A DNA stretch of 64,000 nucleotides. Source: an uncultured Gemmatimonadales bacterium. Lineage in GTDB: Bacteria; Gemmatimonadota; Gemmatimonadetes; Longimicrobiales; RSA9. Where the stretch lies: the NCBI GenBank assembly GCA_963798845.1, contig CAWCUS010000004.1, positions 288,001 to 352,000 of the forward strand, in the 5' to 3' direction. Under the pieces are notes generated by a model. That model was not told the origin of the DNA. It did no database searches and was given only the letters and a program-made list of their open reading frames with translations. Positions 49,055 to 60,424 of this stretch are shown here, piece by piece (positions within the stretch are counted from its first letter, which is position 1; every line of letters starts with the position of its first letter). Made by a program: the position numbers and the translations under genes.

Positions 49055-49687
49055 ATGAGGCGCCTGTATTTCGGCTTCACTCTGGGGGCTCTCGTCCTCA
49101 TGCTTGCTTCCGGCTGTGCCTGGAGCAACAAGGCCAAAGGCGCCGTGATCGGTGCGGGCGCGGGTGGGGCGGCGGGGGCTGTCGTGGGCAACGCCACGGG
49201 CTCGACGGTCCGCGGCGCGATCATCGGGGCTGTGGTGGGTGGCGCCAGCGGAGCGGTCATCGGCCACCAGATGGACCAGCACGCCAAGGAGCTGGCCTAC
49301 GACCTTCCCGGCGCGCAGGTCCAACGGATCGGCGAAGGCATCGCCGTGACGTTCCCAGAGGGGCTGCTCTTCCCCTTCGATTCCGACCAGCTCCATTCGG
49401 ACGCGCGTGAGAACCTGCGGCGGTTCGCTGCAAGCCTGGTCAAGTACACGAACACGCGGACTGTCGTGGTGGGGCATACGGATTCGGACGGGAGTGAGTC
49501 GTACAATCAGGCCCTTTCGGAACGGCGTGCCCGGGCGGCAGCGGACTTCATGGCGGCCAACGGCGTGGCGGCTTCGCGCATCAGCGCGGTCGGGAGCGGC
49601 GAGACCGAGCCGATCGCGACCAACGCGACAATCGACGGTCGCAGCCAGAACCGGCGCATCGAGGTCGCGATCTTCGCCGCCAAGTAG
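49055..49687 (+). CDS. OmpA-family lipoprotein with glycine zipper (YiaD-like)
   Basis: Lipobox ASGC; Gly zipper; LFPFDS, VGHTDSDG, YNQALSERRA, NRRIEV. Confidence 0.92.
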   Translation: MRRLYFGFTLGALVLMLASGCAWSNKAKGAVIGAGAGGAAGAVVGNATGSTVRGAIIGAVVGGASGAVIGHQMDQHAKELAYDLPGAQVQRIGEGIAVTFPEGLLFPFDSDQLHSDARENLRRFAASLVKYTNTRTVVVGHTDSDGSESYNQALSERRARAAADFMAANGVAASRISAVGSGETEPIATNATIDGRSQNRRIEVAIFAAK

Positions 49688-49794
49688 CGCGAACCGGCTG
49701 ACCCATCCGGCGGGCGGTCGACAATCGGCCCGCCGGCGAGACACGATCCACATCGGTAGTCACCTCGGACACTGGAGCAGAAATGCACGCATCA

Positions 49795-50190
49795 ATGAAG
49801 AGACCTGTCGTCCACCTCGCCGCCCTTCTCCTGGCGCCCCTGTTCTTCATGGCCACTCCGGTCGTGGGCCAGCAGCAGGCCGGGCTCGAGTCCGCGACCC
49901 GGCCTGCGGCGACGGCCGTGGCCCCGGAGGCCTCCTCGATCGTGCCGGGCCCCACGGCCGCGTGGGCGGCCTTCGCCTTCCAGTCCGGCCAGGCGGAGAT
50001 CCTGCAGGCCATGCCAGCGAGCGCGCTGGACGACGCGTACGAGGGCCCCCAGACCCGCAACGTGGCCATGATGATCGTGGGCGCCACGGCCATGGTGGCC
50101 GGCGCCGTGATCGGCGGTGACGCCGGCACCATCATCATGATCGGGGGTGGCGCAGTCGGCATCCTCGGTCTCTGGTGGTACCTCCAGTAA
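49795..50190 (+). CDS. Hypothetical exported protein with C-terminal hydrophobic hairpin
   Basis: Signal-like N-terminus; NVAMMIVGATAMVAGAVIGGDAGTIIMIGGGAVGILGLWWYLQ. Confidence 0.7.
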   Translation: MKRPVVHLAALLLAPLFFMATPVVGQQQAGLESATRPAATAVAPEASSIVPGPTAAWAAFAFQSGQAEILQAMPASALDDAYEGPQTRNVAMMIVGATAMVAGAVIGGDAGTIIMIGGGAVGILGLWWYLQ

Positions 50191-50387
50191 GCAGTACCGC
50201 CCGGCTCTCCGGGCGGACCTGGCGGCGGGATGTGCCCCGATCGGGCGATACCGCCGCCGGGTTCGTCCGTTACCGTCGATTCAGGACCAGCGTGTCCTGG
50301 CTCGTCTCGGCGCTCCGGCGCCGCGGACTGCTGATTCTGATCGGGAGAATGGGCGCAGTATCAATGTCGCGCCCGAGGAGTGCCAGG

Positions 50388-50705
50388 ATGAATGCACCGA
50401 CGAATGATCAGGGTGGGAAACCATCCCCGGAGGTCTCACTCTGGGCCTATGCCTACGAGCTGCTGCCGCCCCACGCGGTGCGCCGGATGCAAGCGATCCG
50501 CGCACTGCTGGAGGAAGCGAACGGCGGGGCCGCCCGGGAAGACCGCAGATGGGCCGCGCGCCTCGTCCTGGAGAACCAGGTGACGCACCTGCTCATCGTG
50601 AGTGACACGCCCGAGATGGATCCGGAAATCAACCGCCGGATCGAGGCTGCCCTGAAGGAGCTGGACGTTCGGTATTCCGTTACCCTGCCCATGCCCGTCT
50701 CGTGA
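50388..50705 (+). CDS. Hypothetical protein
   Basis: GAGGAG RBS; globular-looking sequence (LWAYAYEL...THLLIVSDTP). Confidence 0.6.
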   Translation: MNAPTNDQGGKPSPEVSLWAYAYELLPPHAVRRMQAIRALLEEANGGAAREDRRWAARLVLENQVTHLLIVSDTPEMDPEINRRIEAALKELDVRYSVTLPMPVS

Positions 50706-50763
50706 TGCCGCCCTGGCGTCCGTCGAACTGTGCGACGAGGGGAGCCGGGTATCGCCTGTGCCG

Positions 50764-53245
50764 ATGAACCCAACCGGGTGGATAACCGTCCTCACCCTCA
50801 TCGGGTCGGCGCTTCAGGCCGCTCCCGCCCCGGCGCAGGCGGTCCCGGAGAGCAGGGCCGTCCAGGAGGCAGGGGAAGCGCCTGGTCCACGGACTTCCTT
50901 CCAGATCGCCGCTCGAGCCCACATCCTCGAGGACTCGGCGGCGCAAGCCGAGGAGAGGGCCCTTCGTCTGGGGGCCGTGCCGGAGCTGACGACGGACGTC
51001 GTAGCGGCGGAGCGCCGTTTCGCGGAGCTGCGGGCCCTGTTCGACGCCATGACCGGCGCGGACTTCGTCCGGCTGGAGCGTCTTTCGCGGCTCCGAGATC
51101 AGGCGCAGCTGGAGGACGGGCGGCTGGAGGTCGTCCGGGGGCGCCTGGTCGACCGGTTGGAGCAACTCGGCGGCCTCGATGCGGAGTGGACGGACCGCCG
51201 CCAACAGTGGCGGTCGTGGCTTGAGGCGCTGGGTGCGGAAACCGACGGGACGGCGGCCGAGGTGGCGCTGACGGAGGGGCAGGCGAGGGCCGCGCTCGAC
51301 CGGATAGATTCGGTGCTGGAAGCGGCGACGGCCGCGGCGGCCTCCCCGCTGGAGCTCCAGAGTCGTGTGGAGGCGCTACGAGAACGGATCGGCCACCTCA
51401 GCGACACGATCACTGCCATCCAGGCACAGCGCCGGCAGGCCTTGCTGGCGTGGGGGGAGCCAGTTCTCTTTTCCGCTGAGCATCGGGCGCAGCTCCGGGA
51501 GGGGGGGTGGCGGGCGTGGGATCCCGCTGCCGGCATCGAGCTGGACGCGTATCGGACGTTCGCGCGGGACAACCTGGGCATGCTGTTGTTCCACGCGTTC
51601 CTGGCGTTCGTCATCGGAGCAACGGTGCGGCTTGGCCGGCGGGCGGCCGGTCGGGCGGAGGCCGCCGAGTGGTCCGGCCTCCTGGAGCATCCCTGGTCTC
51701 TGGGCCTGTTCGTTTCCGTGCTGGCCGCAATGGGCCGCATCACGCTGGCACCGCCTCTCTGGGATGTCCTGCTGTGGGCCGTCTTCGGGGCCAGCGCCGC
51801 GATCCTCGGCCGTCGCCTGTTCAATGCCCGGGCCGTCCGCCTCATGATCTACCTGGCCGCGGCCTTCTACCCGGCGTTCCTGCTCCTGGAGGTGGGCCAG
51901 CTCCCCGAGCCGGTCTTCCGGGTGGGCCTGGCCCTCGTGGCCGCACTGGCCATCCCACTCTTCCTGCTGCTGGCGTTCCGTCGGCTCCCGGCCGTGGATG
52001 AGGAGTACGGGCCGGAGGATGGTGATCCGGCTCGAAAGTGGCCGCTTCTCGTCGGCGCGGCCGTGTGGGTGGTGGTGCTGGCCTGTTTGGCCCTGGGCTT
52101 CGACGCGCTGGCCCGGTGGACGCTGCACGTGACGGTGATGAGCGGTGCGGTGGCGTATACGGTGATGCTGGGCTTTGCCATCACGGGGGCTGCGGCCACC
52201 ACGTTCACGCGCCTGGACGTGGAGGGTCCGTTCCTGCACCGGGTGGGCGTGTTGCTGGCGCAGCGGCTGCTCCTGATCGTGCGGGTCGTACTCGCCCTGG
52301 CCGGCGTGCTCATCCTCCTTGACGTCTGGGGGTTGACCGGATCGCCGGTGACCACCTGGCAGTGGATCATGGGCGCCGGCTTCACGGCGGGGACGTTCCA
52401 CCTGACCGTCGGCCGGGTGGTGATCGGTGCGCTGGTCGTGTACCTGGCAGTGCTCGTGTCCGGCCTCTTCCGGTCGCTGGTGACCGCCGGCCATGACCCA
52501 CACGGTCCGGCGGGGGCGGGCCGCATGTTCGACCTCGACCCGGGCCTCGGGGCGTCCATCACGCGCCTGGCCCAGTATGCGTTCGTCGCGCTCGGAACCA
52601 TCCTCGCCCTTGGGATCATGGGCTTCCGGCTGCAGAACTTCGCCATCATCACCGGGGCGCTCGGGATCGGCGTGGGCTTCGGGCTGCAGAACGTGGTGAA
52701 CAACTTCGCCAGCGGACTGATCCTGCTTTTCGAGCGGCCCGTGCGCGTGGGCGACGCCGTGGTGGTGGGGGACGTCTGGGGCACGATTCAGAAGATCGGG
52801 CTCCGTTCCACGGTCCTGCTCACCCTGGATCAGTCCGAGAATGATCGTCCCGAATGCTGACCTGGTGTCCGAGAAGGTGATCAACTGGACGCTCACCGAC
52901 TCGAGGGCCCGTTTGTTCCTGCCCCTGGGCGTGGGGTATGGCAGCCCGGTGGCCCGTGTGCTGGAGATCCTGGAGGAAACGGCTGCCGCACACGAGGAGG
53001 TGCTGGAGGACCCGGCGCCCGAGGCTCTGTTCATGAAGTTCGGCGACAGCTCCCTCGACTTCGAGCTCCGGGTCTGGGTGAAGGACGTCCGAAACCGGTT
53101 GCCCATACGAAGCGCGGTGCTCACGGACCTCGACCGTCGGCTGCGGGACGCCGGGATCGAGATCCCCTTCCCACAGCGCGACCTCCACCTGCGGTCGATC
53201 GACCCGGAGGCACTGAAAGCGGTGTTCGATCGGGGCAGCCCATGA
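50764..53245 (+). CDS. Large MscS/MscK-like mechanosensitive channel (frameshift at ~52840)
   Basis: Coiled coil, many TM segments, GALGIGVGFGLQNVVNNFASGLILLFERPVRVGD, IGLRST. Continues in ORF 52841 as MIVPN..VINWT..FGDSSLDFEL..IPFPQRD. One extra A (GAGAATG). Confidence 0.88.
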
Positions 53246-53251
53246 TGCGTT

Positions 53252-53430
53252 GTAGACGGTCCTTGCGACCGAAGTAGAACAGCACCAGCTCGTGGCTCAC
53301 CCCCGCCTCCGATCGCCACCGCCCGGATCGTCAGGCGCCGGACTCCGTCGCGGCAGGCCAACCGGAACGCCGCCTCCAGCAGCTGCGTGCGGCGGGCCTC
53401 CTCCGGCAAACGTCTCGACCTCTCGTGCTC
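53252..53430 (-). pseudogene. TetR-family HTH remnant
   Basis: EEARRTQLLEAAFRLACRDGVRRLTIRAVA, frameshift, then SEAGVSHELVLFYFGRKDRL. No ligand-binding domain; abuts the mscS 3' end. Confidence 0.7.
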
Positions 53431-53605
53431 CCTCAGGCCTGTACCTGACGGACGCCCAGTGTGGGTTGAAGAGGGTTGATTCGTTATTGACCATTTGTCC
53501 AAATAAGCCTATCATTATTCTGTGGAGCCGGTCAAGGCCAGGGCGCGATCCTCATTCAGGCGCGCCGCCCCGTCTCCTCTACAAACTCGCACCAAAGGCA
53601 TCCGA

Positions 53606-56600
53606 ATGGAGGGCAAAGCCTGGCGAAACGCCCGCCCGGCCCGTGCTCCGCCTCCCGGGTCGAGTTGTGGCCATTGGCGCGTCGGCGGGTGGTCTGAAGG
53701 CGCTCCAGGAACTGGTTCAGGCGATTCCGGCCGACAGCGGCAGGGCGTACGTCGTGATCATGCACCTGGACCCGGATCGGGAGAGCCGGATCGCCGAGCT
53801 CCTTCAGGACCGGGCGCCGATCCCGGTGACGCAGGTCGGGCGCGCGACGGTCGTGGAAGCGGACCACATCTACGTCATCCCACCAGGCCAGGACCTGGAG
53901 ATGAAGGTGATGGACGTGATCAAGCTGCGGGAGCGGGGTGATCGATGGCGACCGGGCGCCGGTGGACCTGTTCTTCCGGACGCTGGCGCGGGAGTATGGT
54001 CCTGAGGCGGTAGGGGTGGTGCTGTCCGGGACGGGAACGGATGGAACGGCGGGGGTGCGGTCGATCCGGGAGGCGGGGGGGATCACGGTGGCGCAGTCGC
54101 CCGGGGAGGCCGATTACGAGGGGATGCCGGCGAGCGCGATCGCCACGGGGCTGATCGACCTGGTGCTGTCGTCGTCCCGGATTCCGACCGAGCTGCATCG
54201 CCTGGACCGGAGGCCGCTGCCGCTGGCGTCAGCGGCGGGCGACGAGCACCTCGAGGACGAATTGGCGCCGGTGTTTGCGGCGGTGCGAGGCGGTACGGGG
54301 CACGATTTCAGCATGTACAAGCGGTCGACGTTGCTGCGTCGGCTGGAGCGTCGTCTGCTGTTCAACGGCTTGGAGACCCTGTCGGAGTATGTGACGCTCC
54401 TCCGGTCGAGCCAGGCGGAGCGCCAGGCGTTGCTGCGGGACCTGCTCATCTCGGTGAGCTCGTTCTTCCGCGATCCCGAGGCCTTCGACGGTCTCGTGCC
54501 GGCGATTGCCGGACTGTTCGAGCACAAGGGGCCGGGAGATACAGTGCGGGTGTGGGTGGTGGGGTGCGCGTCGGGGGAGGAGGTGTACTCCCTCGCCATG
54601 ATCCTGGCGGAGCACGCGGCGACGCTGCTGGATCCGCCCGGGATCCAGGTGTTCGCCACCGACATCGACGAGCGAGGGTATGCGTGGGGCCGGGAAGGCG
54701 TGTATCCGTCGTCGGCCGTGGCGCCCGTGGCGCCGGAGCGGCTGCAGCGTTTCTTCACGAAAGAGCCGGGCGGGTACCGGATCAGCAAGTCGCTGCGAGA
54801 GCTGGTGCTCTTCGCCGTGCACAATGTGTTGCGCGATCCACCGTTCGCGCGGATCGACCTGGTCAGCTGCCGGAACCTGTTCATCTACCTGCAGCCGGAG
54901 GCGCAGCAGCAGGCGCTCGAGACGATGCACTACGCGCTGAATCCGGACGGACTCCTTTTCCTCGGCGCATCCGAATCGGTTGGCGACGGCGGCCTCTTCT
55001 CTGCCGTGGGCGCGCCGGCGAACCGGATCTTCCGCCGCACCCCGGTGCCGAGTCGGCTACCGCGGGTGTCCACGATGGACCCCATGGTGCGGGCGGGCGC
55101 GGCGACGGGTAACGGTGGGGAGGCCCGGCGGGAGGCGTTCTCCTACGGCGCCGTCCACATCCACATGCTGGAGGAGTACGCCGAGCCGAGCGCGGTCGTG
55201 GATGAGCGGTGGGAGGTGGTCCACATGTCGGAAGGTGTGGGCCGCTATCTCCGTCTTCGGGAGGGGGAGCCGAGCCGCCGGGTACTGGACCTGACGAGAG
55301 CCGACCTGCGCATGGCGCTGCGCTCGGCGCTGCACCAGGCCTTCACGAAGGGTGCGGCTACGGCCCGGCGGGTCCAGAGGGACGGGGGTGGCCAGCTACG
55401 GGTCCGGGTCCGGCCGGGCTCTCCGAACGGCATGGGAGGCCGGTTCGCCTTGGTCCTCTTCGAGGAGGTGGACGACGTGCCTGAGGGCGTTCCGGCAGCG
55501 GCGGAGTCCGGGTCGGACCAGTCGAATGCTCGGGACCTCGAGGACGAGCTGCGGCAGACGAGGGAGCAGCTGGAGGCCACGAGTGCATCCTACGAGCACA
55601 CCGTGGCCGAGCTCCAGGTGGTGAACGAGGAGCTGCTGTCCACCAACGAGGAGCAGAAGGCTGCCGCGGAGGAGCTGGAAACCGGGCGTGAGGAGATCCA
55701 GTCCATCAACGAAGAGCTGACGACGATCAACCAGGAGCACCAGAGCACGATCGAGGAGCTGAAGCGCACCAACGGGGACCTGCAGAACCTGATCGAATCG
55801 ACGGAGATCGGCACCATATTCCTCGATCGCGCCATGCGGATCCGCCGCTTCACGCCCGCGGTGGCAGAGCTATTCAATTTCGTGGTCACGGACCATGGCC
55901 GGCCCCTCGCGCACATCACGCACCGGCTGAACTATCCGGATCTGGTGGCGGATGTCGCGCGCGTGCTGGAGTCGCTGGAGCGGCTCGAGCGGGAGGTGAC
56001 CAGCGAAGGCGGCGAGGCCTTCATCGTCCGCATGAACCCCTACCGGTCGGTGGATGGGAAGGTCGATGGCGCGGTCCTCACGTTTTTCGATCACACGGCC
56101 CACCACGCCATGGAGGGTGAGCTGCGAGAGGCCAAGGCCGTGGCGGAGGCGGCGAACGTGGCCAAGACCACGTTCCTGGGGACGCTCTCGCACGAGCTAC
56201 GCACGCCGCTGAGCGCGATCGTTGGCTATGCCGACATTCTCCAGATGGACGGCACGCTCACAGCGGAACAGGGCCACCGGGTCGACCGGATCCGGGCGGG
56301 CGCCGACCACCTGACCGCGATGATCGATGAGCTCCTGAGCTTCACGCGCATGGATGTGGGGCGGGAACGCGTCGAGCGGCAGGCCCTCGACGCCCGGGCG
56401 GTCGCGAGGGAGGCCCACTCCCTCATGGCGCCGGTGGTGGCCGCCAAGGGGCTGGCGTTCACCTTGGAGCTGCCCGACGAGGCCGTGCAGCTCGAGACCG
56501 ACGTGGTGAAGGTGCGCCAGATTCTCATGAATCTGTGCGGAAACGCAGTGAAGTACACCGCCTCGGGCGAGATCCGGCTGCGCGTGTACGGCGACGGCGA

Positions 56601-57003
56601 TCGCATGGTCTTCGAGGTGTCCGATTCAGGGATCGGGATCGCGGCCGAGCACTTCGAACGCATCTTCGAGCGCTTCTGGCAGGTGGACGGAGGCGCGACC
56701 CGCACGTCGGGCGGCCTGGGGGTGGGGCTCGCGGCCGTGCGGGAGTACAGCCGGCTGCTCGGCGGCGATGTCGAGGTGGAGAGCGAGCTGGGCAGGGGCA
56801 GTACCTTCCGTTTCTGGCTCCCCCTCCTGCGAAGGGCAGAGGATGCCCGCGCGGCGGTGAGCCTTCGGGACTCCGCGCCGGCTCGAACCTCCGACAGTGG
56901 AAACGCGCCGGGAGTCCGGCACCGTCGTGGTGGTGCTGACGGGCGACTGGGCGTTGGAGCGCGCCGTCCCCGCCTTCGCCGCGCTCATGGACGAGCAGCC
57001 TGA
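53606..57003 (+). CDS. CheB-CheR-PAS-histidine kinase fusion (frameshifts ~53615 and ~53940)
   Basis: CheB GASAGG, IMHLDP, LSGTGTDG; CheR YKRSTLLRR, FFRDPEAF, GCASGEE, ATDID, SCRNL; coiled coil; PAS; SHELRTPL, NAVKYT, DSGIGI, GLGVGL. Start is ATG 53606 with a shift, or GTG 53643. Confidence 0.85.
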
Positions 57004-58006
57004 CCTCGACGGGATCCGTTCGGTGCGGTTCGCGAGCGCGGAGCTGGGCGGCTGGGACAGCAGCCTGCTGACCTTCCTGGTCCAGGGCGCGAGGTACTGC
57101 GAAGCCCGCGTCCTGGAGTTCGACGAAGGGGGGCTGCCCGAGGATGTCACCCGTCTCCTGGCGCTGGCCCGGGCGGTCCCGGAGCGGGAGCCCGCCGGCG
57201 CGGAGCCGAGCCCATCGTTCCTCTCGAGGATCGGCGAGAAGGGCCTCTCGGCCTACGGGGATGTCGTCGCCGCCGTCACCTACGGGGGCGAGGTCGCCCA
57301 GAGCATCGGCCGCCTGAGCATGCGCCGCGTCCGGCTCCGCTGGCGGGACTTCTGGGTGGTGGTGCAGTCGAACGGCTCGGGCGCGCTTCCCATTGTCACG
57401 CTGATCGCCTTCCTGGTAGGAGCCATCATCGCCTTCCTGGGCGCCGTGGTGCTGCGGCGCTTCGGCGCCGGCTACTACGTCTCGTACCTGGTCGGCTACG
57501 GGATCCTGAGGGAGATGGGGGCGCTGATGACGGGCATCATCATGGCGGGTCGGACCGGCGCCGCGTTCGCCGCCGAGCTCGGCAGCATGAAGGTCACCGA
57601 GGAGATCGATGCCTTGCGGACCCTGGGCATCTCCCCGGTCGACCACCTCGTCCTGCCTCGCGTGCTCGGCCTCTCGGTGATGATGCCCGTCCTGACCATC
57701 TATGCCGATATCGTGGGCGTTCTGGGCGGACTGGTCGTCGCGGTCACGCTCCTCGACCTCACGGCCACGCAGTTCGTGGGCGGGCTCCTGGGTGTGCTCA
57801 CGCTCGGCAATGCGGTGCTGGGCGTGTTCAAGGGGTCCGTGTTCGGCGTCGTGATCGGCGCTGCGGGCTGCATGAAAGGGCTGCAGACCGGCTCGGACGC
57901 CGGAGCGGTGGGACGGGCGGCCACCTCGGCGGTGGTGCTGGGAATCACCGGGATCATCGTGGCCAACGCCGTGATCGACTGGCTGGCGGCCCTGGTGGGG
58001 ATGTGA
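56897..58006 (+). CDS. mlaE: MlaE-family ABC permease with N-terminal STAS-like domain
   Basis: REMGALMTGIIMAGRTGAAFAAELGSMKVTEEIDALRTLG, LPRVLG, VGRAATSAVV. Overlaps the kinase ORF by 107 bp, so the start is uncertain. Confidence 0.88.
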   Translation: METRRESGTVVVVLTGDWALERAVPAFAALMDEQPDLDGIRSVRFASAELGGWDSSLLTFLVQGARYCEARVLEFDEGGLPEDVTRLLALARAVPEREPAGAEPSPSFLSRIGEKGLSAYGDVVAAVTYGGEVAQSIGRLSMRRVRLRWRDFWVVVQSNGSGALPIVTLIAFLVGAIIAFLGAVVLRRFGAGYYVSYLVGYGILREMGALMTGIIMAGRTGAAFAAELGSMKVTEEIDALRTLGISPVDHLVLPRVLGLSVMMPVLTIYADIVGVLGGLVVAVTLLDLTATQFVGGLLGVLTLGNAVLGVFKGSVFGVVIGAAGCMKGLQTGSDAGAVGRAATSAVVLGITGIIVANAVIDWLAALVGM

Positions 58007-58794
58007 TGAGCGCTCTCCGGTCTGCGGGCGTGTCAGCGGAGTCATCTCCCATCGAGGTGAAGGACCTGGTCATGTCCTACGGTGCGAACATCATCATGGA
58101 AGGTCTGAGCTTCGCGGTTCGCCGCGGCGAGGTGTTCGTGATCATGGGCGGGAGCGGCAGCGGCAAGAGCACGCTGCTGAAGCACCTGATCGGGCTGAAG
58201 AAACCGACCGAGGGCACCATTCTGTTCGAAGGTGAGGATTTCGTCTCGGCCGGGGAGGAGGCGAGGAAAATGATGCTCCGGCGCATGGGCGTGCTCTTTC
58301 AGAACGGGGCGCTGTGGAGCGGGCTGACGCTCGCGGAGAACGTGGCCCTCCCGCTGGAGGAATACACCAGCCTGCCAGCGGAGGCGATCGGAGAGCTGGT
58401 CTCGCTGAAGCTCGCCCTGGTGGGGCTGCGCGGGTTCGAATCGTTCTATCCCGCCGCCATCAGCGGGGGCATGCGCAAGCGTGCGGCTCTCGCTCGCGCG
58501 ATCGCGCTGGATCCCAATGTACTCTTCTTCGACGAGCCGTCCTCGGGCCTCGACCCGGTCTCCGCCAACCGCCTGGATGACCTCATTTTGCAGCTGAGAG
58601 CGAGCCTCGGCACCACGATCGTGGTGGTGAGCCACGACCTGGCGAGCATTTTCCGGGTGGCCGACCGCGCGCTGTTCCTGGACATCGAGAGTAAGACCAT
58701 GACTGCGCTCGGCAGCCCCGACGATCTGCGGGATGCTCCGCCGAGCGAGGAAGTCCGCCGATTCCTGACCCGAACCAGCGAGGGTGCCGCATGA
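58003..58794 (+). CDS. mlaF: MlaF/Mkl ABC ATPase
   Basis: GGSGSGKST, ISGGMRKR, FFDEPSSGLDP, VSHD. Confidence 0.92.
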   Translation: MMSALRSAGVSAESSPIEVKDLVMSYGANIIMEGLSFAVRRGEVFVIMGGSGSGKSTLLKHLIGLKKPTEGTILFEGEDFVSAGEEARKMMLRRMGVLFQNGALWSGLTLAENVALPLEEYTSLPAEAIGELVSLKLALVGLRGFESFYPAAISGGMRKRAALARAIALDPNVLFFDEPSSGLDPVSANRLDDLILQLRASLGTTIVVVSHDLASIFRVADRALFLDIESKTMTALGSPDDLRDAPPSEEVRRFLTRTSEGAA

Positions 58795-59774
58795 GCCTCC
58801 GTGCCAGCCCGACCGCGATCGGGCTATTCATGATCGGCGGGATCGTCCTCGCGGTGGTGGGCGTCGCCACCCTGGCCTCCACCACCCTGTTCGAGGAACG
58901 GTCGACCTTCGTCAGCCTGTTCGAGGAATCGGTGAACGGGCTGGAGCGCGGCGCCCCTGTCAAGTTCCAGGGCGTTCCCGTGGGCACCGTGACGGAGATC
59001 CTGATCCGGATCGACGAGCGGGACAAGACGTTCGAGGTGCCGGTGCAGTACGACGTCGACCTGACGCGCCTCACCACCCGGGCCGGGAAGTACCTCCAGC
59101 TCAACCGGCAGGATGTGCTGAGGCAGCAGATCGCCGACGGGCTCCGGGCCCAGCTGCAGATGGAGAGCATGGTCACCGGGCAGCTCTACATCGAGCTGAC
59201 GTACCGCCCCGACGCGCCGATCGAGTCGGAGACCGCGCTGGCGGAGTTCCCCGAAATCCCGACCACGCCCTCGCTCCTGGCGGCCCTCGGTACGGGCGCG
59301 GGGAGCGTGATGGAGAAGGTTCTCCAGGTCCTGTTCCAGGTCAACCAGCTGCTGAACGAGGTGGACATGCCGGGGATCAACGCCGCCGTGGTGTCGTCGG
59401 CGGAGGCGGTCGAGCGCCTGGTGGATTCTCCCGAGATCCGTGCAGCCGTCCAACAGGTGCCTGGCATGACCGCGCAGGTCAACCAGACGATGGCGGAGGT
59501 GCAGCGGCTGGCCCAACATGCCAGTGCAGCCATCGATCCGCTACAGCTCCAGCTGGAAGGGACGTCCACCGAGATGTTGGCCGCAATGCAGGCGTTGCAC
59601 GGCATGCTGGACGAGATGGCCGGCCTGCTGTCGACGGACTCGGACCTGGGCTACGGACTGCAAGAGACCCTGGCGAGCCTCCGCAAGGCGGCAGACGCCC
59701 TGAGCGTGCTCGCCACATCGCTGGAGCAGAACCCCGACATGTTGATCCGCGGCAAGAAGCCGCCGGAGAATTGA
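58791..59774 (+). CDS. MlaD/MCE domain protein (PqiB-like)
   Basis: TM segment, FEESVNGLERGAPVKFQGVPVG, GLRAQL..S.VTGQLYIEL, LEQNPDMLIRGK. Confidence 0.88.
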   Translation: MSLRASPTAIGLFMIGGIVLAVVGVATLASTTLFEERSTFVSLFEESVNGLERGAPVKFQGVPVGTVTEILIRIDERDKTFEVPVQYDVDLTRLTTRAGKYLQLNRQDVLRQQIADGLRAQLQMESMVTGQLYIELTYRPDAPIESETALAEFPEIPTTPSLLAALGTGAGSVMEKVLQVLFQVNQLLNEVDMPGINAAVVSSAEAVERLVDSPEIRAAVQQVPGMTAQVNQTMAEVQRLAQHASAAIDPLQLQLEGTSTEMLAAMQALHGMLDEMAGLLSTDSDLGYGLQETLASLRKAADALSVLATSLEQNPDMLIRGKKPPEN

Positions 59775-59776
59775 CC

Positions 59777-60424
59777 ATGCGACAGATGAGACGCGCCGTT
59801 CCCCCGCTCGCGCCGCTGCTCCTCGCCCTCACGGGCGGGTGCTTCAGCCTGGCCCGCGAGAGCACGCCTGTCGAGCAGTACGTACTCGGCGGCGTCGCGG
59901 GCGCCGACGCCGGAGCCGCGTCGCTCGACCCGACCGCTCCCGTCATCGGCCTGCGACGCCTGGACCTCGGCGCATATCTGGCCACGCCGGACGTCGTCGT
60001 CCGGCACGGGACACACCGGATCGAGGACTCCGAGTTCCACCGTTGGGGGGAGGACCTGGGCGTGGGGATCAACCGCGCGCTGGCCGCCTACCTGATGACG
60101 CAAGGCGGATTCCGGCGGATCGACGTGGCTCCCTGGGCCGCCGCGACGGCCCACGACTACCTGGTCCAGGTCCGCGTGCTGCACTTCGAGGGCGTGGTTC
60201 CGGAGGCCGGGTCCGGGACGCAGGGAGAGGCCCACGTGCTGGCGGCCTGGGCGGTGATCCGCCCCGGCGGCGGCGCCGTGGTGGCCCGCGGGACCACCGA
60301 TTATCGGCAACCCGGGTGGGCCGTGGGAGACTATCCCTCGCTCGTAGCGCTCCTGGACCGCGGTGTGTTCCGCATTGCGACCGACCTGGCCGAAGCTCTC
60401 GCCAGCCTGCCGGCCGGGTCATGA
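59777..60424 (+). CDS. PqiC-family ABC auxiliary lipoprotein
   Basis: Lipobox TGGC; QYVL, YLATPDVVVR, FHRWGEDL, AAWAV. Confidence 0.8.
   Translation: MRQMRRAVPPLAPLLLALTGGCFSLARESTPVEQYVLGGVAGADAGAASLDPTAPVIGLRRLDLGAYLATPDVVVRHGTHRIEDSEFHRWGEDLGVGINRALAAYLMTQGGFRRIDVAPWAAATAHDYLVQVRVLHFEGVVPEAGSGTQGEAHVLAAWAVIRPGGGAVVARGTTDYRQPGWAVGDYPSLVALLDRGVFRIATDLAEALASLPAGS

Noticed and set aside
56850..57003. Kinase-MlaE fusion or programmed frameshift
   Set aside because: No slippery site is visible. The 107-bp overlap is more simply a low-complexity tail or another indel.
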